From Nanobdellota archaeon (lineage in GTDB: Archaea; Nanobdellota; Nanobdellia; Woesearchaeales; GCA-2686295): DNA of 63,352 bases. The notes beneath the pieces were generated by a model, which did no database searches, had not been told where the DNA came from, and saw only the letters and a program-made list of their open reading frames with translations. This document shows positions 9,615 to 20,169 of this stretch, one piece after another (the first letter of the stretch is position 1; every line of letters starts with the position of its first letter). The DNA lies in contig JAHIUF010000031.1 in assembly GCA_018817005.1 (NCBI GenBank), positions 1-63,352 on the forward strand, given 5' to 3'. Position numbers and translations under genes: made by a program.

Positions 9615-10541
9615 TTAAAGCGATTTAGTGTAATACTGCATTTTCTTCTTAATATCATCCTTTAAATTTTCATCAATAAATAGTTTATCTATTTCGTTAT
9701 TCCAATCAATTTTTGGTATGTTGTAAAACTTACTTTCAAAAGTCCTATTTGCAGACTCAACTTGAAAAACGAGTTCTTTTGCTTTTTTTGAATTCAAAAT
9801 TTTTATTGCAGGAAGTTTTGTTATATTATCAGCACCAGAAAGCAACAAGTCTTTTACCTCTCCAAGTCTATTTGACCATGTACCTGCAATTATTTGAAGT
9901 TTTGGAAATGCAACTCTCGTTCTTTTTATCCACTCAACATAATACTTTGTGGTCGGACCTTTCTTAAAAATAGTTCCTTCTTGTGGTTTTAATGCATAAA
10001 ATGTTACTCTATTCACAAAATATTTTTTTATAAAATCTAAAAGTTTAGGAATATCATTTTTTGTTTCTCCAAGACCAATTATTATCGTCATCGCTTTTTG
10101 AAGCCCAAACTCATCGCAAATCTTAAACATCTCAGTAATCTCATTTAGTGGTTTTGATGGACAAAGTTTTTCTCTCAGAGAAGAATTTATACACTCAACT
10201 GTTCCTGCCACGCCCTTTATGTAAGGTTCAAATAATAGGAGGTCTTCTTTTGTTAAAACACCGATGTTTAACCATTGCTTTTCTTTTGTTATAGAATAAA
10301 TGTTTTTTAAGATATCCAAAATCTCCTCCTTTAAAAGAGCATCGTATCCTCCTGATAAGAATTCTATTTTCCAATTTAACTTTTTACAAATAAGCGCTTC
10401 TGCAAATATTGACGCTCTAGTCCTTCTAGATTTATCTTTGTCAACCTTTCCTTTCAAAGTGCTCATATAGCAAAAAGCACAGTCTTGTTTTGAACAATAC
10501 CAGTTAAGAAATATTGCTCTTTCAAAAAAAACCTTCTTCAT
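9615..10541 (-). CDS. radical SAM protein (biotin-synthase-related archaeal family)
   Basis: CSKQDCAFC (CX4CX2C), SGG, IIGLGET. Confidence 0.8.
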   Translation of the reverse strand: MKKVFFERAIFLNWYCSKQDCAFCYMSTLKGKVDKDKSRRTRASIFAEALICKKLNWKIEFLSGGYDALLKEEILDILKNIYSITKEKQWLNIGVLTKEDLLLFEPYIKGVAGTVECINSSLREKLCPSKPLNEITEMFKICDEFGLQKAMTIIIGLGETKNDIPKLLDFIKKYFVNRVTFYALKPQEGTIFKKGPTTKYYVEWIKRTRVAFPKLQIIAGTWSNRLGEVKDLLLSGADNITKLPAIKILNSKKAKELVFQVESANRTFESKFYNIPKIDWNNEIDKLFIDENLKDDIKKKMQYYTKSL

Positions 10542-10573
10542 ATAATAAAAAGAAAAAAGATTAATTTAAAAAA

Positions 10574-12049
10574 TTATAGTATTGGCAGAAGCTCATTTAT
10601 CTCATAAGGCGATATTGCTGTTTTGTAACCGTTATTTTTTAATCGTTTTATCAAAGAAACCTTCTTTAAAGAAGCCTTGTATTCTCCTAGATGTTTTCTT
10701 CTGTCCTCTATAAAACTTTTAAAAAGATGTTCTCCTAAAGTTTCTTTTACTATGTCACTTTGTTCTGTTAATTTTAGTGCTTCTTCTAGATTTTTGGGAA
10801 GACTTCGTATTCCTTTTGCAGCCCTTTGAAAAGAATTCATTTCATAAACATTTGCCTTGGTTGGACTTGGAAAATCATAACTATTCATTATGCCTTTAAT
10901 TCCTGCATTAATCATAACTGCAAATGCCAAGTAAGGATTTGCTGCAGGATCTGGACTTCGAAGTTCAAGTCTTGTAGCTTTTTCAAGATTTGGAGCATAT
11001 TGAGGTTTTCTGATTAGATTTGAACGATTTTGAGGATCCCAACAAATATATACTGGAGCTTCATATCCTGGAACGAGTCGCTTGTAAGAATTAACCCATG
11101 AATTAAGAACAGATGTTATTTCTGGGATGTGCGTTAATAAACCCGCCATGTATTGTTTTCCCATCTTAGAGAGTTTATGTTCATCTTTTGAATCAAAAAA
11201 AAGATTAATATCTTTATTAAACATTGACTGATGAACATGCATACCGCTACCGTTTATTTTAGCAATCGGCTTTGGCATGAAACTTGCAAAGAGACCTGCT
11301 TCTCTTGCAGTTCTTCGAACAACATACTTGTATAACATTATAAAGTCGGCCATTTCTAAAGCGTCAAGATATCGCACATCTGTTTCGTGTTGTGAGTGAG
11401 CCACTTCATGATGATCATACTCAAATTCATAACCCATCATCTGCATCAACAACTGTGTCTCTTTTCTTATCTCGCCAAATCTGCCTGTTTTAAAATAACT
11501 TCCACTATCTAGAAGTACAGGTTTTTCATCAACAATTTTTGGTCTTCCAAAACCATTAGATTCAAATAAAAAATACTCCAGCTCTGGTCCAACATAAATT
11601 TTATCTGCACCTATTTTTAATTTGGCTTTTTCAAGGGTTTTTTTAAGCACAGCTCTACAATCACCCTCATAATCAGTTCCATCAGGATTTTTTATATCTG
11701 CAAAAACAACTGCTTCTCGCCATTCGACATCTACGCCTTTTGTTTTTCCTTTGTATTTCCAAGGCAGTATTCTTGCAGTTTTTGGATCTGGAAAAGCAAT
11801 TTTATCGCTTTCATTTATTCTTGCCTGTCCAAGAACTGAACTACCATCATAACCCTTTCCATGTTTGAACATGTCTTCATTCATCTCATATACAGGTACA
11901 GAAAACTCACATTGAACATTTCCTAAAAGGTCTGCAAACCAAAACCTGACAAATTGTATGTCAGGATTTTCTTTAAGCATTGTCATAAAATCTTTTTCAT
12001 TCCTACAGGGTTTAAATTCTTTCGGATTAAAAATATTTTTTTGTAGCAT
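10574..12049 (-). CDS. glnA: glutamine synthetase type I
   Basis: YDGSS, GPELEYF, HHEVA..QHE, FMPKP..NGSGMHVHQS, SYKRLVPGYEAP, RLELRSPDP. Confidence 0.96.
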   Translation of the reverse strand: MLQKNIFNPKEFKPCRNEKDFMTMLKENPDIQFVRFWFADLLGNVQCEFSVPVYEMNEDMFKHGKGYDGSSVLGQARINESDKIAFPDPKTARILPWKYKGKTKGVDVEWREAVVFADIKNPDGTDYEGDCRAVLKKTLEKAKLKIGADKIYVGPELEYFLFESNGFGRPKIVDEKPVLLDSGSYFKTGRFGEIRKETQLLMQMMGYEFEYDHHEVAHSQHETDVRYLDALEMADFIMLYKYVVRRTAREAGLFASFMPKPIAKINGSGMHVHQSMFNKDINLFFDSKDEHKLSKMGKQYMAGLLTHIPEITSVLNSWVNSYKRLVPGYEAPVYICWDPQNRSNLIRKPQYAPNLEKATRLELRSPDPAANPYLAFAVMINAGIKGIMNSYDFPSPTKANVYEMNSFQRAAKGIRSLPKNLEEALKLTEQSDIVKETLGEHLFKSFIEDRRKHLGEYKASLKKVSLIKRLKNNGYKTAISPYEINELLPIL

Positions 12050-12182
12050 AAAATGTTGAAAACATAATCTTTTAATAACTTTTTGGCAAAATAATTAAAC
12101 AAAAAAGTCTTTAAAATGAGAAAATTTAAATATTTGTTTACTTTTTGTGAAAAAAAAGATTGTTTTTTAAACAAATGTTAAG

Positions 12183-12626
12183 ATGAAATTAGACGAAACC
12201 GATAAAAAGATATTAAATGTTTTAATTGATGATTCGAGACTTTCATATCGTCAGATTGCAAAAAAAATACTTGTGTCTGCAGCAACAGTTATGCATCGAG
12301 TAAAAAGACTGGAAAAAGAAAAAATAATAGAAAGATATGGCGCACAAATAGACTACGATTTATTAGGCTATGATATACATGTACTTATAGACTTAAGAGT
12401 TGCTAAAGGAAAACTATTTGAAATTGAAAAAAAGATTGCTGCAAACAACAATGTCTACGCTGTTTATGATAATACAGGACACTTCGATGCAACAATTCTT
12501 GCAAAGTTTAAAAACAGAAGAAGCATGGATGAATTTCTAAAAAAAATTCAAAAATTTGATTTTGTAGAAAGAACAGAAACTAAGCTTATTCTAAACACTA
12601 TAAAAGAACAAGGCATAAAACTCTAA
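12183..12626 (+). CDS. Lrp/AsnC-family regulator, divergent from glnA
   Basis: LDETDKKILNVL..SRLSYRQIAK HTH; RAM domain TGHFD..TET. Confidence 0.93.
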   Translation: MKLDETDKKILNVLIDDSRLSYRQIAKKILVSAATVMHRVKRLEKEKIIERYGAQIDYDLLGYDIHVLIDLRVAKGKLFEIEKKIAANNNVYAVYDNTGHFDATILAKFKNRRSMDEFLKKIQKFDFVERTETKLILNTIKEQGIKL

Positions 12627-14455
12627 AGATTCTGCCAACAATGCATTAACTCTAAAAATAAAGCTGAACTCCAAGCCTGAGAAAGACATCCTTCAGAACG
12701 CATTTCTAAAGCAGAACTTATCTCTGCATGATGACCGATAAACCCTGAGAACAGTATTTCATCCTTGCTTGCAGAAATAATTTTTTCAACAAAATACTTA
12801 AACTTCTGCTTGTCAAGAGAAAGCATAGAAATTGCTACCAATGAATTCATAAAAAACCAACTGTCACCCCTATGATAACTCTTGTTATCAGTTCCAGAAT
12901 GATAAGGTACAAATAAAGGACTATTTTTGTCAATTGAAGAAATACCACCCCAATCAAGCCATAAAGCTCTGATAGCTTTTTTGAATACAAGCATCCACTC
13001 AAATTTTCTTAATAATTCAGGATAAACATAATAAGCTATGAAAACATTAGGCCTTACAGTTTTATCAAAACCATTATTATATCCATCAAGAAGCATTCCT
13101 TCTTTGAAAAACACTTTTTTAATTTTCTTCACAAAGGTTTTCTCAATATCCTTATATCCTTTAAAAGGAAGATCTAAAAGCTTACACATAAGCTTCATGA
13201 GTTTAAAGAAATTTAGAAACAAAGCTTGAATTTCAATTCGTTCACCAGCCCTTCCATCATCATTAAAAGATGTATCCATCCATGTTTCTTTTTCTTTGTT
13301 AATAATAAGATAATTCTCCATGTGAGATAAAATGTGTTCCTCAATACAAAAATGGAGTTTGTGCTTTATAAGCTCTAATTCTTTTTCTGAAAAATAATCA
13401 TTAACAAGATTTTTTTCATACAATGTTTGTAATAAATCATAAAACCTCTTGAAAAGCCAGCCAATACTATCTGCAGAATCTAATTTTGATTCCGGCAAGC
13501 GATTAGGAAGTCTGCCATTAGACTGTATCTCATCTAAATATTCAAAAAGTCTTTTTTTCACATATGAATAACGTTCTTGTAAAATCCAAGCCTTAAGAGA
13601 AATTAATTCATCACGAGACCAGAATTGAAAAAACCAAGGAAAACCAGCCAAAACACCCTCTTTTTTGTTCTTTTCACCCAATATAACTGTTAAATCATCT
13701 AATGATTTTAAAGCCGCATCATAGGCAAAGTCTTCATTTTTCAAAAGCTTTTTTGTGTGAGTAATTAAAGTTTGCTTTAAAAAATCAAAGTGATCAAAAG
13801 CAAACTTACATTTGTCAATTGCTTTCTTTTCAGAGTCCGCATGAGCAAATATTAACTTTAAAGAATTAGGGCAGAATATTTTTAAGGCTTTAAAAATATG
13901 AAATTCATAACGATCATTTCTTTTTTTATCATAAGAATATTTTTTTTTTGTCCACTCACAAATTTTTTCAAAAGAGTCAGCACCTCTTATTACTAAATAA
14001 TATTGTTTGTGAATATTTATAAGAGAACTATCTGAATGTTTTTTGTAATGAATTATTATATAATCTCCTTTCTTTGTTACATCATAAATTCTTCCTTTAT
14101 CATCAAAATCATAGATGTTTCTAAAGTCTAACTCCAGATTTATAAACCCTTCATAATTATCAACTTCATACAAAAGGGCTTTTGATGTGAGAAAAAAAGT
14201 TTCTGAAGAATCTCCTGATAATCTTTTGATATTTGAAAAGTGATTTTCTAAAACAGTCACTTCTTTTTCTAAATAAATATTTTCAACAACTTTAAACAAG
14301 TCCATATTTGAATCTATAAAGCACCATCCTTGAAAGTATGAACTATTTTGATTTGTTCCCAAGGACAAATAACTTCCTGCCTTGTTTGAGAGAAGAAAAC
14401 TACCCTCACCCTCTTTTTTTATAGCTCGATGACCGAGCTTATGCACTATTCTCAT
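12623..14455 (-). CDS. glycogen debranching enzyme (amylo-alpha-1,6-glucosidase, GH133-like)
   Basis: AGFPWF..WSRDELIS, TWMD, RPN, YHRGDSW, GCLSQAWS. Confidence 0.88.
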   Translation of the reverse strand: MRIVHKLGHRAIKKEGEGSFLLSNKAGSYLSLGTNQNSSYFQGWCFIDSNMDLFKVVENIYLEKEVTVLENHFSNIKRLSGDSSETFFLTSKALLYEVDNYEGFINLELDFRNIYDFDDKGRIYDVTKKGDYIIIHYKKHSDSSLINIHKQYYLVIRGADSFEKICEWTKKKYSYDKKRNDRYEFHIFKALKIFCPNSLKLIFAHADSEKKAIDKCKFAFDHFDFLKQTLITHTKKLLKNEDFAYDAALKSLDDLTVILGEKNKKEGVLAGFPWFFQFWSRDELISLKAWILQERYSYVKKRLFEYLDEIQSNGRLPNRLPESKLDSADSIGWLFKRFYDLLQTLYEKNLVNDYFSEKELELIKHKLHFCIEEHILSHMENYLIINKEKETWMDTSFNDDGRAGERIEIQALFLNFFKLMKLMCKLLDLPFKGYKDIEKTFVKKIKKVFFKEGMLLDGYNNGFDKTVRPNVFIAYYVYPELLRKFEWMLVFKKAIRALWLDWGGISSIDKNSPLFVPYHSGTDNKSYHRGDSWFFMNSLVAISMLSLDKQKFKYFVEKIISASKDEILFSGFIGHHAEISSALEMRSEGCLSQAWSSALFLELMHCWQNL

Positions 14456-15438
14456 TCTCTGCCATGAATTATCTTTGAATGATCGCCAATATTTAATCTT
14501 TTATAAAAACCCTTTACTCTTGCAAAAGAGCCAACAATTGATTCATCCAGTTGAGCATCTTCAATACAAGAGCTCTCACCCAACAAACTGTTTTTAACAA
14601 TGGAATTTGAAATAATTGAATTTCTTGCAACAGTAACATTTGGACCGATAATAGAATTCATAATTAAAACATTATCTTCTATGTGAACTGGTTCTATTAT
14701 CAATGAATTTTTACTTTTCAAAGGTTTATTTCTACCTGTTTTCAAAAGGAACCTATTTGTCTGAAGAAGAGTTTCAGGCTTTCCACAATCCTCCCAAAAA
14801 GACACTTTTTTTGCATCAAATCTCGAGCCATAACCAATCATCAGGTTTAAAGCGTCAACAAGATAAAACTCACCTTTAAGCTGCATATCTCTCTTTATAA
14901 GTTCATCAATGCAATTAAATAAAAGTTTGTGATTCTTAACATAATATAGTCCAATATTTACTAGGTTTGAAGAAGGATTCTTTGGCTTTTCAATTATTTT
15001 TTTCACAATACCTTTTTTATCTGGAAAAACAACTCCAAACCGTTCAGGGTCTGGGTGTTCTTTAACAAAAATCAAACCATCATTTTTTGTGGATTGCAAT
15101 TTTTTTAAATCAGGATTAGAAATGGTATCAGAAAACCATATTAAAACATCTTCATGAACAAATTTTTCTGCAAGTCTTATTGCATGTGCTTGACCTTTCA
15201 ATTCTTTTTGAACAACGAATTTTGCATCAAAATCATAGTTTCGCATAACAAAATCCTTAACTTGTTCTCCTAAATAGCCTATAATAAAAATAACTTCCTT
15301 TACACCTGCTTTTTTTAGCGGGTCAAGAATGTATGATAAAACCGGTTTTCCGGCAACTCTAATAAGAGGTTTAGCCTTAGTGTGCGTATGTGGTAAAAGC
15401 CTCGTTCCTCTCCCTGCTAAAGGTATTATTACTTGCAT
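14452..15438 (-). CDS. sugar-1-phosphate nucleotidyltransferase
   Basis: LAGRGTRLLPHT..KPL, GEFYLVDA, WEDCG, C-terminal hexapeptide repeats. Confidence 0.9.
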   Translation of the reverse strand: MQVIIPLAGRGTRLLPHTHTKAKPLIRVAGKPVLSYILDPLKKAGVKEVIFIIGYLGEQVKDFVMRNYDFDAKFVVQKELKGQAHAIRLAEKFVHEDVLIWFSDTISNPDLKKLQSTKNDGLIFVKEHPDPERFGVVFPDKKGIVKKIIEKPKNPSSNLVNIGLYYVKNHKLLFNCIDELIKRDMQLKGEFYLVDALNLMIGYGSRFDAKKVSFWEDCGKPETLLQTNRFLLKTGRNKPLKSKNSLIIEPVHIEDNVLIMNSIIGPNVTVARNSIISNSIVKNSLLGESSCIEDAQLDESIVGSFARVKGFYKRLNIGDHSKIIHGRE

Positions 15439-15549
15439 CGAGAATAGAAAAAGAAGAGTTATTAATAAAGATTTTGGAAAAAGAAGACATTTGACACGAA
15501 GCCTTTCACACCAAAAACTATTTATATGCTTTAAAAGAATTATTCTTTT

Positions 15550-16608
15550 ATGAAAAACATAACTAATATTTCTGAATACGTAAAGAAACTTTCCAAAGAA
15601 AAAAAAGAGGTTTTTTCAAGGATATTTGAACTCACAACCAGCATTGGAAGAATGAAAATCCCGACTGAGATGAAATCATGGGTTATAAGCCAGTTTGGGT
15701 CATTAGAAGCAGTTCAAAAACAAAAAATTGTGAGAATTGATAATAAACTAACCTTTGAAACAAGTCTTTATAATGAGCTTAGAACAAAAATACCTGCGGA
15801 CGTTCAACATACAAGTGAAGTAAAAAAAATTATTGAAGAAAAGAGAGGCGGACCATTTTGCAATCCAAAAACCCAAACACCCGAAGACACATTTGGAAGA
15901 ATTGAAGGCAAAGCATCAATTACTGCCAGCAATGTTGCGAAATATGATGCAGAACATGGACTTATTATTTTCAAAGAACACAACCCTCTTCATTTTAAAC
16001 CAAAAGAAATAAAGGATTATTTGGACGTCGCTGAAAAATGGATAAAAAAAGTGCATGAAAAAAATTCTCAAAATAAATACCCGTATATTCTTTGGAATTG
16101 TTTGTGGAAAGCAGGAGCAAGTCTTATTCATGGTCATATGCAGGTTCTAGTCGGGAAAAAAAGACATTACAGTGAAATAGAACTGTTAAAATTCGCATCG
16201 AGTTTTTACAAAGAATTATACAATAGCGATTATTTTGAAGACTTTTATGAAGTTCATAAGGCTTTAGGACTGGGTTTTGAACATGGTAAAAACAAGATAA
16301 TGGTTAATCTCACTGCTAAAAAAGAAAAAGAAGTGATTATTATGGGACAAAACCTTTTAGAGTGTTCTGAAGCGATTTATAGGGTTTTGCAAGCATATTT
16401 TAACATGGGTGTTGAGAGTTTTAATATGGGTGTTTATCTGCCACCAATGGATAACTCTTGGAGTTTACCATTAATTATAAGACTCGTTGATAGAGGCTCT
16501 CTTTCGAAGAACACCACCGACATTGGTGGTATGGAACTGTTTGCAAGGTCAAGCATCATACTTTCCGACCCATACAAAGTTCTTTTAAAAATAAAAAAAG
16601 AATTTTAA
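15550..16608 (+). CDS. GalT/HIT-like hexose-1-phosphate nucleotidyltransferase family protein
   Basis: GASLIHGHMQ (HxHxQ), PFC..TP, N-x-AKY; lies within the glycogen cluster. Confidence 0.75.
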   Translation: MKNITNISEYVKKLSKEKKEVFSRIFELTTSIGRMKIPTEMKSWVISQFGSLEAVQKQKIVRIDNKLTFETSLYNELRTKIPADVQHTSEVKKIIEEKRGGPFCNPKTQTPEDTFGRIEGKASITASNVAKYDAEHGLIIFKEHNPLHFKPKEIKDYLDVAEKWIKKVHEKNSQNKYPYILWNCLWKAGASLIHGHMQVLVGKKRHYSEIELLKFASSFYKELYNSDYFEDFYEVHKALGLGFEHGKNKIMVNLTAKKEKEVIIMGQNLLECSEAIYRVLQAYFNMGVESFNMGVYLPPMDNSWSLPLIIRLVDRGSLSKNTTDIGGMELFARSSIILSDPYKVLLKIKKEF

Positions 16609-18437
16609 ATTTCTTTATTTGCTTTGCATTTGTTCAAATTCACCAAAGCTTTATTATGCGCATCAACGTAGTTCTGAACGAAGAATTTCCAATCAACGGT
16701 TGAAGCAAGGTTTTTTGCTTCAATCTTATTCTGAACTCGTTCTTGATGATTTAAATGGGAGAATTCATACATTATGTTATACAAATCATCAACCACTTCT
16801 TGTTTTGAACGATTATATCTTTTTAAAATATAAATTCCTTTAGCTTTTTCTTTTTGTTTCTTTGGAACTTTTGATTCAATAAATCTTCCAAAACCTGCAA
16901 GATCAGTTGTTACTGCTGACACACCCATCGCAGCTGTTTCTACAGGTGTATAACCCCAAGGCTCATAATAACTAGGAAAAATCCCTAGATGCGAACCAGC
17001 TATTGCATCATAATATGGAAGGTTAATCATACCATCATTTCCATCTAAATAAACAGGATATACTATGACTTTAACCTTATCATCAGCTTTGTTGTCAAGT
17101 CCAGCATCATATAAGCTTTTTATCAAAACATCATTTTTTTCATCAGAGATATAATGAGTGCAAATTGAAGGATTGCCTTGTCTTTTGAATTGTATGAGAT
17201 CTTTTTTAAGGTCTTGCAGAAACTCCTCAGTGAACATGCTTGATATCGATGGAGTTTTACTGCTAACAATGTCCTCAACTATTCTCTTCAATATATCTTG
17301 AGAGTGCCAATCAATATAATTTTTTATATGACGATAATAGTTCTTGTTTTCAAAAACTTCTACTTTTAAACCTTTTGTGCCCATTGGTATCCAAAAGAAA
17401 ACTGCGATGTTTCTCTTTGTTTTTTCAGTTTTAAGTTTTTCATTTAGTTTTGCAAGTGCTTCTATCATTACATCAATGCCTTTGTTCTTAAACTCGTATC
17501 TGCCAACAATAAAAAAGGTTAAGTTGTGGGTTAAATCAAAGGTGTAGTGAGGGAAAAAGTGGTATGTTAAAAATTCCCTTATCTTGTCTCGAGTTGTTAA
17601 ATGTTTAACAGACGTTTCTTCGATTGTTGGAAACTTCCTAAGGGTTAAACCATTATTTAGTATAACTTCTGGTTTTCGACCAAGAATTTTTGCTGATTCT
17701 ATTGCCGTTATTTCTGAAACAGTTGTGAATATGTCTGCATTATTTGCACAAGCTCTTTCTGTGAGAAACTTGTCTGCAACACCTTTTTTATAAGCTTCAT
17801 CTTGCGGATTCATAGTCTCAAGCACACCATAAAGATCATCGCCTGATCCTGCAACTGATCTGCCAAGAATTGTTGCATGAGTTGTAAAAACTGTTGCTAT
17901 GTTGATTTGTTTCTTTTTAAAATAAAGTATTGGAAATCCTGCCAGCCATTCGTGAAACTGTCCAACGATAGAGCTATTCTTTATGTTTGCAGATATTTTT
18001 TCAAGAAGTCTTGCAACGGCCCAAGACCAAAGCATTGGTTCTTCAAAATCCCAGTGAGAGTTTATAGAATCTATCTGGTAATTATTCCAGAACCAATATT
18101 TTATTTCATCTTTTTTGCTTATTAATGCTTTAAAATCTATTAGTATTATGTTTGGACTGCCGTCAGCGTCCCATTCACCATAATAACATTTAATGCCTTC
18201 TTCTTCAAGTTCATCAAAAGCTTGTTTGAATTCTGCAGGTGGGTGTTTCAAATCAAGTCCGACTCTTGCTTTTTCTTCAAAATAAGGTCCTATTAAGAAA
18301 TAATTTTTGTAATGTTGTTTCATAACATAAGCTTTGCTTTTCACAACAGTATATATGCCTCCAACCTTATTGCATACTTCCCATGATGCTTCGAACAAGT
18401 ATTCTGCTTTTGCTTTTTTTGTAGTCATTTCTTTCAC
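16605..18437 (-). CDS. GT3-family glycogen synthase
   Basis: WEVCNKVGGIYTV, FTTHAT.LGR, GRYEFKNKG, PSYYEPWGYTP. Confidence 0.9.
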   Translation of the reverse strand: MKEMTTKKAKAEYLFEASWEVCNKVGGIYTVVKSKAYVMKQHYKNYFLIGPYFEEKARVGLDLKHPPAEFKQAFDELEEEGIKCYYGEWDADGSPNIILIDFKALISKKDEIKYWFWNNYQIDSINSHWDFEEPMLWSWAVARLLEKISANIKNSSIVGQFHEWLAGFPILYFKKKQINIATVFTTHATILGRSVAGSGDDLYGVLETMNPQDEAYKKGVADKFLTERACANNADIFTTVSEITAIESAKILGRKPEVILNNGLTLRKFPTIEETSVKHLTTRDKIREFLTYHFFPHYTFDLTHNLTFFIVGRYEFKNKGIDVMIEALAKLNEKLKTEKTKRNIAVFFWIPMGTKGLKVEVFENKNYYRHIKNYIDWHSQDILKRIVEDIVSSKTPSISSMFTEEFLQDLKKDLIQFKRQGNPSICTHYISDEKNDVLIKSLYDAGLDNKADDKVKVIVYPVYLDGNDGMINLPYYDAIAGSHLGIFPSYYEPWGYTPVETAAMGVSAVTTDLAGFGRFIESKVPKKQKEKAKGIYILKRYNRSKQEVVDDLYNIMYEFSHLNHQERVQNKIEAKNLASTVDWKFFVQNYVDAHNKALVNLNKCKANKEI

Positions 18438-18473
18438 TTTTTTAATTGTTGTTTTGTTAATTGTTAGTTTTTT

Positions 18474-18854
18474 CTAAATCAATAATCTTGATAAAATAAA
18501 TCCTAATATTAGTCCAAAAATCATCCCGTATATAAATTCTTTTGCCAGGAATCTTTTGAATTCTTCTGAAGCTTCAAGTTGCTCTAGGGGATATTTAAAA
18601 CTCAAATCTAGCTCATATTCTTTTATAGCTTTTAGCACGTCTTCTTTTGAATGACAATAACTTATGGCTTTTGCAAGGGATTCTTCTTTTAAAACTTCCA
18701 AAATCCATTTGGCGAAATCATTCTTTTGTTTGTTAACATGATGCTTAAACTCTTTATCAGACATATCTTTAATTGCGTTTTTGAAATCTATAATAGTTTC
18801 AGCCTTTTTACCATGTACAAAATAGAAATGTTCGTGTTCTGGTATTCCCAACAA
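18474..18854 (-). CDS. DUF5752-like domain protein with C-terminal TM anchor
   Basis: FYFVHG...HHVNKQKNDFAKWILEV; hydrophobic C-terminus; GAGGTGA RBS. Confidence 0.75.
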   Translation of the reverse strand: MLGIPEHEHFYFVHGKKAETIIDFKNAIKDMSDKEFKHHVNKQKNDFAKWILEVLKEESLAKAISYCHSKEDVLKAIKEYELDLSFKYPLEQLEASEEFKRFLAKEFIYGMIFGLILGFILSRLLI

Positions 18855-18927
18855 TTCACCTCTTTTTTATGTATTAATGTTTATTTTTTGATATTTTTGG
18901 TTTGATGTTTCTATGTAATCTTAAATT

Positions 18928-20160
18928 TTAACCCATTATAGAGCTTGGAGTGTCTGTTAAATTAAAACTAGGATTGCGAGGAGTCTCTTTTTGGCTTAGC
19001 TTAAGTCTTATGATTATATCATTTAGAGCGTTCATAAATAATATGAATGCATCATATGGTGTTGAGTATGGATTAAAGTATTTATGAACGTCCCCATCAT
19101 TAAACCATTTAGTGCACATATAATAAAAATGGTCAGAGATGGTTAATTTTCTCCAGTCTTCTAAGAGTTTTGGATTATTGGATTTTTTTATTGCAGATTC
19201 TAAAAGGTAGAGTTCTTTTATTGCTGTTTCTTGCATCTTATTTCCAAGCCACGCACTAAGATCTCTTTCCTCGTCAGCCCAAGAAACAAAATTATGAACA
19301 TCAAGCTCTGCTTTTGGCTCTTGTTTTAAAAGTTCTGAAGGTGTAACAAAATTTATTCCTCTCTTAAAAAATTCTTCTGGTAATATTTCTAGAAATTGAA
19401 AAATGCCTGTGTGCTCCCACTGGTGTTCTCCAAAGGTTTCATAATCCATGAATAAATTTACTGAATGACCCTGATTTTCAGAAATCCATGATGCAAATTT
19501 TTCAATAAATAATGGGTGTTCATTCCAGGTTTTTTCACCAAATCTGAATGCAAGATCATCACTTAACCTATAATTTTTCAATAACAATCTCAGATTATCT
19601 GTGGTTTTGGATTTATAAACATAGTTTGGACTTCTCCAGGAAAGAATTCGATCTGCACCTTCTGCAAGAATGCCTTCAAAACCCATTTTTTCAACAAAAT
19701 TTGCCAATTCATTATTATAAATCAGTTCTGTGTTTCTAAACACTTTTGGTTCTTGATCAAATAATTCTTTTATTTTTTCTTTGTGAAGAAGTACTTGTTC
19801 TTTGAATTCTTCCTTTGAAAACATAAATGATAATGAATGATAATATGTTTCTGATAAGAACTCAACACATCCGGTTTTGGAAAGCTCTTTAAAAGATTCT
19901 AACACTTCCGGCGCATATTTTTCAAATTGCTCGATTGCAACACCTGAAATACTAAATGATATTTTGAACTTGTCTTTATGCTTTTTTATAAGATTTAATA
20001 AGAGTTTATTTGTTGGCAGATAACACTTATTGGCGACTTTTTTCATTATCTCTTCATTTTTCTGGTCATCAAAATAGTTTGAATGATTTCCTATATCAAA
20101 AACAGTATACCTGCCCATACGATACGGCTGGTGTACTTGAAAATAAAAGCATACGTTCAT
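18928..20160 (-). CDS. GH57 alpha-amylase-family glycoside hydrolase
   Basis: HQPYR, ETYYHSL, FRNTEL, MDYETFGEH, SDHFYYM. Confidence 0.93.
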   Translation of the reverse strand: MNVCFYFQVHQPYRMGRYTVFDIGNHSNYFDDQKNEEIMKKVANKCYLPTNKLLLNLIKKHKDKFKISFSISGVAIEQFEKYAPEVLESFKELSKTGCVEFLSETYYHSLSFMFSKEEFKEQVLLHKEKIKELFDQEPKVFRNTELIYNNELANFVEKMGFEGILAEGADRILSWRSPNYVYKSKTTDNLRLLLKNYRLSDDLAFRFGEKTWNEHPLFIEKFASWISENQGHSVNLFMDYETFGEHQWEHTGIFQFLEILPEEFFKRGINFVTPSELLKQEPKAELDVHNFVSWADEERDLSAWLGNKMQETAIKELYLLESAIKKSNNPKLLEDWRKLTISDHFYYMCTKWFNDGDVHKYFNPYSTPYDAFILFMNALNDIIIRLKLSQKETPRNPSFNLTDTPSSIMG

Positions 20161-20169
20161 ATAATCACC

